From Lytechinus pictus (lineage: Eukaryota), in NCBI RefSeq assembly GCF_037042905.1, contig NC_087250.1, positions 4,092,001 through 4,156,000 on the forward strand: 64,000 nt of DNA. The letters run 5' to 3'. This document shows positions 54,963 through 64,000 of the stretch, one piece after another. Position numbers and translations under genes: made by a program. The notes under the pieces were generated by a model. That model was not told the DNA's origin, did not search any database, and saw only the letters and a program-made list of their open reading frames with translations. Numbering within the stretch: the stretch's first letter is position 1; the number at the start of each line of letters is the position of its first letter.

Positions 54963-56000
54963 TTAAATATTCAACATAACCAATATATTGTTGATTATGA
55001 AAGTTAGTCACTATTTATTGACAATGAATGCTGCTCTATTTTGCTTTAAACCAACTCACAACTTTGTAAGTTGGTACCCAATTGTTTTTGCTTGTGGACA
55101 AGCACCGATTACAGACTTACATTCATTTCCCCCTTTCCTGCTCTCACGGAATCATTGCTCATACTGCATGTATATAATGAATTTTCAGACTCGGTGAGGT
55201 ATCACGCTATCAGCGTTATTTTGCTGGCGATAATCAACTAACATTAAAATCAAATATCGACCTGTGCCGGCCACACAGAAATGTTGATAGCCTAACAGAG
55301 CACTAACAGTAAGCTCAGTACACCTTTCGGATTGTGAAGTCAAAACATTCAATGTTGGGCAATACATTGTAACAATAGGCATATCTGCCACATTAATAAT
55401 GTGTAATTTATACAGGTAATCTGAATAAACCATGGGTTGAACCGATGGTTTCAAAAACTACTTTTAATGTGAATTCAGGCCATAGCATCTTTAGAGCAGG
55501 ATTCTTGCCGAAAGAACCAGGTGCAGACTTTTGACAAGGTGCCTCAAACAGAGTACAGAAAAAATAATTGGTTCCAGGAGCATTAACAAGCGCAATATGT
55601 GGCCCACTCCTGTCAAATTTATCGAGGAAAAAGTCAGAGGAGTCTACAGAATCTTACCCATTTTCCCTGCAACCCCCAGAAGCTCATCAGTTTGATGCAT
55701 GGTTGTGTTATATTTGTTCATTGGGAGATCATATGTCAATAAGAATATTTTCATTTGTTAGGTTTTGCATTGAATGTGTCGTGTTAAAAGCCGTAAATCA
55801 TAAAAAATGGAGAAGATGAAAGGGATGTTTTTTCTCTTTAACATATTTGAACATACATGTATATCTTCCTGAAATCTTATTCCACATATATTTATATTCA
55901 GTGTACAAACATAATCTTTGGAATTTGCTGACAATTGTCTGGGTCATGCACATGTCTGTGGAGCAGTCTCGCCTTGCCATTTATATGGTTAACCTGTTAA

Positions 56001-56420
56001 CCCTGAATAAACAGGGGGGATCAATTTGACCCCCCTCGACAAATTTTGTCACTACGCCGTCGCGCGAAATTTTTTGACCGCGCCGCTCGCTGAATTTTTA
56101 CTTTCAAGCCTTGCGCATCTTTTGAGACCAAATTTGCGACGCCCGGGTACGCGGTACCGAAATTACGCAACATTTTGTAAGTGCATGTCAGACCCGAAAT
56201 GGCTCAAAAACGTGATTCCATGGACAAAGTCAATGCAAATTGTGTTTTTCAACCAAAAATCATAAATGTATGATTACTTTTACTTTTGTTGGTTTAAATA
56301 GATTTATTTTATGCTATTTATGATCACAAAAGGGTCCCCGACAAAGTTCATCGGAAAAAACAATAAAAAAAAAGGTTTGAAAAAAACAAAGAAATACGAA
56401 ATAGCCCAGTTAAGATAGGG
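56001..56420. mobile_element. piggyBac-like MITE
   Basis: TTAA-CCCT...AGGG-TTAA. The interior matches the reverse complement of ~46100-46500. Confidence 0.8.
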
Positions 56421-59039
56421 TTAAAGGACTGAAACAGGACCCAAACAAAAGGCTACATATTGTTTATTCATCGAAGGCTCCATGCAATATTTCACAAGGT
56501 AGATCATGGGTGTCAATTTGTGTGTGAATCTGTTGTTCAAGGGGGGGGGGATGATCTATTGTTCACCCCCCCACTGGAATAGTACATGTAGGACGTTACG
56601 GATCGACACCAGTGGGGTAGATAGTGTGCTATTACTATGTACATGTATTATGCATGCACAAGATGGTATTTATTTTCTTGTTTCTTTGTCTTTCTATCAT
56701 CAAGCATATATACAGACATGCCAACCGTTCCCTTTTTAGAGTATTTGTTCCTCTTTTTTGCTATGAATACACCAATACTTTTTTTGTATGATTTGTTACT
56801 TTTTTTTAAATTTTCCGATCATGGAGTATGAATTTACACAGCGCGTGACACTAGCACCGGTCCAACAGTCCCAGTCCGGTAAAAATCACTGTCGGGCCAG
56901 TAACTTGTTGCATGAAAAGAACAAATTAATTCTTGCCTGGGAGCACATGTTTAAAAGAGTGAATTATCAAGTTTTCAAATAGAGTCATTTCACATATTTT
57001 TTCACATGTTTTTTCACAGATCTCACTACAACAGGCTGGCGATTGTTATGTTGAGACAAATTTTTTAGAATACACTTTTTTGTCAAAAAATACTTTTTTT
57101 CCCTTCTAAGAATACTTTTTTGTTGTAGAAGGTTGGCAGGTCTGTATATACAGTGTGCACCAACATTATTTATTATCAATACCATAATTCAGGGTGTTTG
57201 TATTATTTAAGTCACAGTTAAAATCATTCATTTCCTTATAAAAATCACAATGTAACTAATATGGGTTTCTCTATCCAGTGCTAACTACCATAGAAGCCTG
57301 TTTTTTGTCCCCAGTAGTATTCCCGTCATAACCAACCTTGTGTCTGTATTCATGCTTTACTCAAGCAGGTGTCGAAGTAAGAGCTTTTCTTCTGGTGTAT
57401 TTAATCCATACTGTTATTTAATGCAATATACATATACTTTGTTTCATGTAGAAATGCTTTCATTCGTTATCACTATTGTGGTTTTATTCAAAGTATTTTT
57501 ATTATTTATAGCTATAATTCAGGCCAAGGCTGCAGCTGTTATAGGCTACACTATTTATTGAAAGTAAGAGAACAAAGACAAATGGCTGAAAGATGCTTCC
57601 CTAAGGTACCCCACCAAATCCTAGAGCAACGTCTTGTAGAATCCTACAAGTGTTTTTAAATTGCTAATTCTCATATTCTATCATAGAATGAACAGTGTGG
57701 ACTGTAGAAAAAGCGTTTATTTCATTTATAGCAGAATTTATACAAGGGCACCTTGCCAAAGAGTGTCTTTCACTCAGATCCTGTTACAAGCATCTCTAAA
57801 GTAATCATTAAATTTCATCATAGAACAATGGAATGTTGCTGTGAAAGATGTTTAGTGCCTTTAGAGGAGATTTCTGCTGAAAGATGCAGCATAATTTTAG
57901 AAGTCACAGGGTTACAAATTCATTGCATCTTTTTGTAGATCTATGAGACTAGTTTCTTAGAACAAGGCAAGCAGCTTATCTTGGTTCATTGATTATTGTG
58001 TTTTACTCAAAGTACCTCAAATAATGCTGAACTTTATCCAACCATGTTCTATTATTCTTCAGAGGCTATTTTTTATAGGCATTTCCTGATTATTCTTTTT
58101 CTTTTGATAGTATACCTTTTCTCTTGAGATCTCGAAAAGGTACATGTATTCAAAGTTACATGTCACCTTATTTCTATATTATATTTAAAAAGTGTTTTTT
58201 TTAAAGAGGCTTATTTTTTTAATAGTAACTCCAAAGAGTATGTTTTGTACTTAAGTACATGCATTTTATGTTGGGATTTTACCAAAAAAAATGATTATTA
58301 TTATTTGGCCAAAGCTGTTTAGTTATAAAGACAAGTTTCTATGGCACGTCTGTAAGAAATATTCAGAATGTGGATTGAGGCATGTTTATCATGTGAAAGG
58401 AAAATATGATTATTAGATGTTTGTACGTGTATACAGAGGGGTGTATACTTAAGAATGTGTATGATCAGGGAAATATCTTGATGTACATTATCAGGGAGAA
58501 ATTAAGGGGCTTTAAGGGATTTTACTTTTTTTAATTTGGATTTTTAACGGCCGTTGGCGGCAATCAGCCAATGCAAAAGGATTCGTTGGTTTTTAAGATG
58601 TAATCATGTATCAAAATTGTTTATATCACATTTCCATTAAAAAACTTAAATATATATATTTTTTTGTTTTAAAAAGGCATAAATAAGTCAGCATTTCTGA
58701 ATTGTTCATTTGACATTTGTGGTGATTGAAATACGGGATTGTTTGAATTAAAGAGTAGTGATACAGTTAAAAACTTGTAATATTCAATCAATTTGTCAAT
58801 AAACCATGTGTTGGTTTAAAAACAAGGATTTTGTTGTTGCTGTTATTTGTAGTGTAATGTATATAATGATGGGTTTCATGACATTTGCTCTGGCGATTAT
58901 CGCTCCAAAGGAAAACCTGCATGTTATGCCAAACATAAAACCTAACCTCCGGCAAAACAACATAAAACCTAATGCTTTACATTATTCTGAACCAAAATTC
59001 TATTACAATCTGTTGCCGGAGCATAGGTCTCCTAATAAA

Positions 59040-59170
59040 TATCATTATCAGTTACCATCATCACCATCACCACCATCATTATCACCACCGTCATCAAAAT
59101 CATCATCGCCACCACCACCACCATCATCAATCACCACCATCTTCATCATCTTCACCACCTTCATCATCAA
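59040..59170. repeat. (CAT/CAC)n low-complexity trinucleotide repeat
   Basis: Run of CAT, CAC and CGT triplets. Confidence 0.8.
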
Positions 59171-59441
59171 TATCACACACCGATACATGACTTTCTTTTT
59201 CAATGCTCTCAACACAGAAGACTAATAAACTGCAAGTCATCTCCTTAGTTATAAAATTATCTTTAATTCTTGCTCAGCATGAAATCTCATTATTTCACCC
59301 TTTGAACAAAAATAATGGAAAAAATTGAAAAATCAACATAAAAATTGAGAAAAACAAATCAATTCTCACATGATATGAAATGACCAAGTATTTGTAAGAA
59401 TGAAGAGATATTTGCCCAATGATACTTCTAAGAAATAAGCC

Positions 59442-59772
59442 ACCATTCTCTTTACTGTCCTAAAACTAGTTTATTGGAAACTGGTTCGGAAAACCACCTC
59501 GCGATGTAGTTTTGAAGATCACTTTGCCTCGTTAAACTGCTTTGAGCTTGAGGACACAACCATTCTTCAGAAAATAATCTACTGCCTACGCTGTGTCTTC
59601 AAATTTCGCATGAAACGTGTCGCCCCACTGAGTGCATCCCATAGCAACAAGATCGCTTTACGTGAATTGGTTTTGAAAACCAATTTCGGGTGATCAAATG
59701 GGAATGCCAACAAAGCGATCTTCCAAACTGGTTTCCAGTAAACTAGTTTAGAAAATATAATGAGAACAGGGT
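59442..59772. mobile_element. Degenerate MITE
   Basis: Inverted repeat AAACTAGTTTATTGGAAACTGGTTCGGAA / TTCCAAACTGGTTTCCAGTAAACTAGTTT. Confidence 0.5.
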
Positions 59773-60699
59773 CTAAGTCATTGCTCCGTAGTAACAAAAA
59801 ATAGTGTTAAGTGTTCTATCCATATGTGCTTATCCCTATTGGCAATATTCAGCATACTATTTGCATTAAAGGGATGCTTCCCTCTGAAAATAATAACCTT
59901 TAAATAAATAGTGAAATTCAATCTGAATAATGCCAAGCATTTCATCAACAGTTGATGAAAAATAATGAAGTTATTAAATTTTAAAGTTTGGCAATGTCCT
60001 GTGAAAACAATTTAATACATGACTTCATACATAATTGGTGGACTGATGATATCGTGCCCACTCTTGTTTCCTTCATTGTATTCATATTATATTAATAAAT
60101 AATAATTAGTTTCATATAATTTTAATACATGGTTGTAAAATGTGTCTCTCTCGTAAGAAAAAAAAGTCAAGTTAAGCACAGGACTGTTTCACCCAAATAA
60201 TAATGCAAAACTTTGAATTGTAAGAACCATTTTACTTGATTCCATTTTCTGGTAACATTTAACCATAACTGTGTCACGGACCAACCATAATTATTGACGC
60301 ATTTTCAAACAAAAATCAATTTCAATAATTTGGCTAAATTATGTATAAATTCATAATTATGATTTATTTCATAGTATAAGCTTTTCTTCCTTAATTTTAC
60401 TTGTAGGATTCTGAACAAACATACAATGTTTTTCTATGGACTTTAAAATTCTTTTGGTATATCTTCATTGAACTTTTATTGTAAAGGCAAAGTTCATCAT
60501 GACATCGAATTCATTTCAATTGAAACATAACACAATTTGAGAAATCATGGATGAAGGGAAAGGATTGCTCTTTAAATACCCTGACATTAAAACAAAAGAA
60601 GTAGAGTTGACTCTGTCGAGCTGACAATTTGGATGTAGTCCCATACATGCCTATCAGTGTGCTTTGGATGCAATCTTCATAGGAATGGACTTAATGGAT

Positions 60700-61203
60700 G
60701 ATTTCAAGTACGGTGTTGAAATCTTGTGTTGGTGTTGTGACAACACCTTATATGACATATTTCCGGCAGTTCATGTCGAGCGCTGGTGTTGAATGTCGTC
60801 TGCTGAACATAGCTTCACAGCTGGTGTTGACGATCTACGTGTAATTACCCCATTTACCAACACCAACCCCTAGAGATTGGGAAAAATTGTGATTTCAAGT
60901 TCGGTGTTGGCGATTTGAGGCCGTAGAATAGGATGAAACATCCCCATAAAATAAAGCTCTTTGGAGGTAAGAAAAATGCAAATCACTAGAGCCTTAAACA
61001 TTTTAATGGACAATAATACATGTAACCACTCTTTAGGATTCTTGAAGTGATTTTAGCCTTTGCATGTTATACAATGAGATTCTACTGTAATTCTCCCCGA
61101 TTTCACTTTCGACGTCGAGAAGTTCTCGCATAAAGAGCACAGCTCAGTTCAGCAGCATTTTCACGCTCTCAACACCAACACTAACACCGAACTTGAAATC
61201 CCC
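60700..61203. mobile_element. MITE(s) with GATTTCAAGTTCGGTGTT termini
   Basis: GATTTCAAGT(A/T)CGGTGTTG at ~60700 and ~60891, inverted as AACACCGAACTTGAAATC at ~61183-61200. Confidence 0.5.
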
Positions 61204-61247
61204 GTATGTGTTATTATTATTTTGATGATTCCATAATCTTCAAACAC

Positions 61248-62281
61248 CAGGGCCCTGTCATACAAAGAGTTACGATTTATCCGATCAACCACAACTATGG
61301 AAAGCCAGCAACGTCAACATCTAAAAAGCATGTTTCTTCAACATATTTTCTAGATGTGATGTCCATTCGTAAATTCATAGTTTTCTTGAAAATTCAGTGT
61401 GCTTATCTTTGTTTACGAAGGACATTGTGCAAATTTCCTGAAGAGAAAATTATGAATTTGATACATTTCCATACAGTTGAGATGGATTGGACGGGGCTCA
61501 GGTCTTATGTCGTTTCAAACAGCCTTAGTTTTCTCAATTATTCATAATGAACACGAGGGTCCCGTCTTACATAGGGTTGTGACTGATCGGATCAACTATA
61601 TGGAAATCCATCATCGTCACAGTTTTTCTTACACAATGTCCATTGTTGACAAAGATGAACATACTAAATTGTCAAGAAAACAATGAATGCATGAGTATAC
61701 ACCATCACCTCTTAAATATTTTGAAGAAACATGTATTTCAGATGTAGATGTTGCTGGCTTTCAATAGTTGTGGTTGATTAGCCAGGGGGGGAAGGGGGCA
61801 GTCAAATGTATTGCTGTACACACGTGTGGCCAAATTATTTCCAAACACCCCCTAAACGAGTTTTTCTCTGTGTGCAAAATAACCCCCTAAACAAGATTTA
61901 GCGGGCTTTATTTACACATTTTGGCCCCCAAACAAGTTGTCGCCAGAATATGACCCCGGGGAAAAAGCTTGGGGGGAAAAACATACCCTAAACACGTTTG
62001 CTAAGTCTTAAAAAAAGCTTTCGAAAAAAAATACCCTAAATACGTTTGAACCTGCGATTGACCATAGACCAGTCTTTCAAATCTACCCCTTTTTTTTAAA
62101 TCAGTGTTTTTTATACCCTTAACGAGTACCCGCGCGGCCCGCGTCCAAAACTGAAAAAACACCCCTTTAAACACGTTTTTTTTGTCACGCGTGTGTACAG
62201 CAATATATTTTGACTGCCCCACCCCCCCCCCCCCCCCCCGGTTGATTAGATCGATCGTAACTCTTGTAAAACAGGACCCTG
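61248..62281. mobile_element. Two adjacent, oppositely oriented Harbinger-like MITE copies
   Basis: 61248-61500 and 61556-62281 share inverted sequence (CAACCACAACTATGGAAAGCCAGCAAC / GTTGCTGGCTTTCAATAGTTGTGGTTG) and have GGG-CCC-type ends. Confidence 0.55.
61782..62241. mobile_element. MITE with poly-G/poly-C termini nested in the previous element
   Basis: TIRs GGGGCAGTCAAA...ATTGCTGTACACACG / CGTGTGTACAGCAAT...TTTGACTGCCCC. TSD TTGATTAG (8 bp, extendable to 10). Confidence 0.85.
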
Positions 62282-62654
62282 ATCTAAAGTTTTATCTCAA
62301 ACTGATGCAAAGAAGAAGTGAAAAATAAACGAAGAGCAAAACTCTCATTGCGACTCGTGTACTGTTTTCTGTCTACAATCTACCTTTTTTATCATTTTTA
62401 TCTACTGTTTTCCAATACAAGGGCTATGCTAATATATCAATTTCGTCGCCACATTCTTCCTCTTCCCCTATACTCGTTGATAATGAGATGACCTGCATAA
62501 AAGAACAAAAAGAGAATAATTACAAGGATAGTAAAGAAGAGGCGAAGGGAAGAATGAAAAAGAGAAGAAGAAGATATGGTGAAAGATAAAATGGAGAATG
62601 GGGAGAGGATTAATAAAATGAGATGAGTGAATAAGAAAAAAATATTACATTATC

Positions 62655-64000
62655 CCCCCTCTTCCCCAAATGGAATAGTCCACTTCTCCATTCCTATTGT
62701 TATCTTGCTACAAAATACTTTTTAATCCCTCACATATTCAGATATTAGTGCACCTCTTCCTAATGGAATAGTCAACTTCTCCTTTCCTATTATTATCTTA
62801 CCACAAAATACTTGTAATCTCTCGTCTCCCCTCACATGTTCTGGTACTAACCAACCTCTTCATAATGGAATAGTCCACTTCTCTTTTCCTATTATTATCT
62901 TACCACAAAATACTTGTAATCTCTCGTCTCCCCTCACATGTTCTGGTACTAACCAACCTCTTCATAATGGAATAGTCCACTTCTCTTTTCCTATTATTAT
63001 CTTACCACAAAATACTTGTAATCTCTCGTCTCCCCTCACATGTTCTGGTACTAACCAACCTCTTCATAATGGAATAGTCCACTTCTCTTTTCCTATTATT
63101 ATCTTACCACAAAATACTTGTAATCTCTCGTCTCCCCTCACATGTTCTGGTACTAACCAACCTCTTCATAATGGAATAGTCCACTTCTCCTTTCCTATTA
63201 TCTTACCACAAAATAACTGTAAGCTCTCGTCTCCCCTCACATGTTCTGGTACTAACCAACCTCTTCATAATGGAATAGTCCACTTCTCCTTTCCTATTAT
63301 CATCTTACCACAAAATACTTTTTGATCCCTCTTCGCGTCCCTTACATATTCTGAACACTATCCCACCTCTTCCAGAATTGGAATATTCCAGTTCTCTTTT
63401 CCAAATATCTTCCTACAAAATACTTTAATGTTCCTCTCGCCTCCCTTCACTTAGGCCTATTCTGGTATTATCTCACCAACTCTTGTTCATAGAATAGTCC
63501 ACTTCTCCTTACGTATTATCTTACCACAAAATACCTTTTAATCCTTCTTGCCTTTCCTAACACATGATGTTATTCCACCTCTTCCTTTCATGTAATAATC
63601 CACTTCTCCTTTCTTATTATTATCTTACCACAAATTACTTCTAATCCCTCTTGTCTCCCCTCACATATTCTGGTATTATCTTACTTCTTCCTAGTGGAAT
63701 AATCCACTTTTCTTTTCCTATTACCGTCTTCCTACAAAATACTTTTTAATCCCTCCTTTCTCCTATCACATATTCTGATATTAACCCACCTCTTCCCAAT
63801 GGAATAGTCTACTTTTCATTTCTTATTAGTTTACCACATAAATACTTATTTAATCCCTCTTGTCTTCTCTCACATATTCTGACATTACCCCTCCTCTTCC
63901 TTAATTGGAATAGTCCACATATCCTTTCCTATTATTATCTTCCTACAAACTACTTAATAATTCGTCTCGACTGCCTTCACATATTGTGTGATATTAACCC
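62655..64000. repeat. ~102-bp minisatellite array running off the window end
   Basis: Unit TAATGGAATAGTCCACTTCTC...CCAACCTCTTCA starts at 62863, 62965, 63067, 63169 and 63268, with diverged flanking units. Confidence 0.92.

Noticed and set aside
58806-59225. His-rich and Pro/Ser-rich ORFs
   Set aside because: These are translations of a (CAT/CAC)n microsatellite, with no splice or homology support.
62655-64000. CRISPR array or coding repeat
   Set aside because: The units are contiguous with no unique spacers, and the ORF track shows no ORF there.

Overview
AT-rich, repeat-dense animal genomic DNA, not prokaryotic. The repeat families, poly-G tracts and intron style suggest a sea urchin (inference). 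Host genes: two tandem ~99% identical alpha-1,3/4-fucosyltransferases (GT10, single coding exon, minus strand, 17850-19310 and 24964-26424) in a ~7 kb segmental duplication, and a complete nine-coding-exon mitochondrial 2-amino-3-ketobutyrate CoA ligase (GCAT, 42535-54229, 414 aa). Mobile elements: a young CsRn1-clade Gypsy LTR retrotransposon (3393-8343; apparently identical 640-bp LTRs, ATTC target-site duplication (TSD), tRNA-Trp primer-binding site) with intact Pol but almost no Gag; a 5'-truncated RTE-X/Proto2-like LINE; a CR1 LINE with intact ORF2; older LINE remnants; a tRNA-derived SINE; and many non-autonomous DNA transposons, several nested. Most notable observations: the capsid-less but recently inserted Gypsy element; two LINEs with no AUG before the ORF2 endonuclease and different candidate recoding signals (G_GAU_UUU -1 slip site; in-frame UGA-C); 11 amino-acid-changing versus 2 silent differences between the fucosyltransferase copies; three exon-boundary duplications inside GCAT; TA-to-TACATGTA micro-insertions; a perfect 52-bp palindrome; and periodic GCGCGAAGCGC mini-hairpin motifs. 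All alignments and counts were done by eye.
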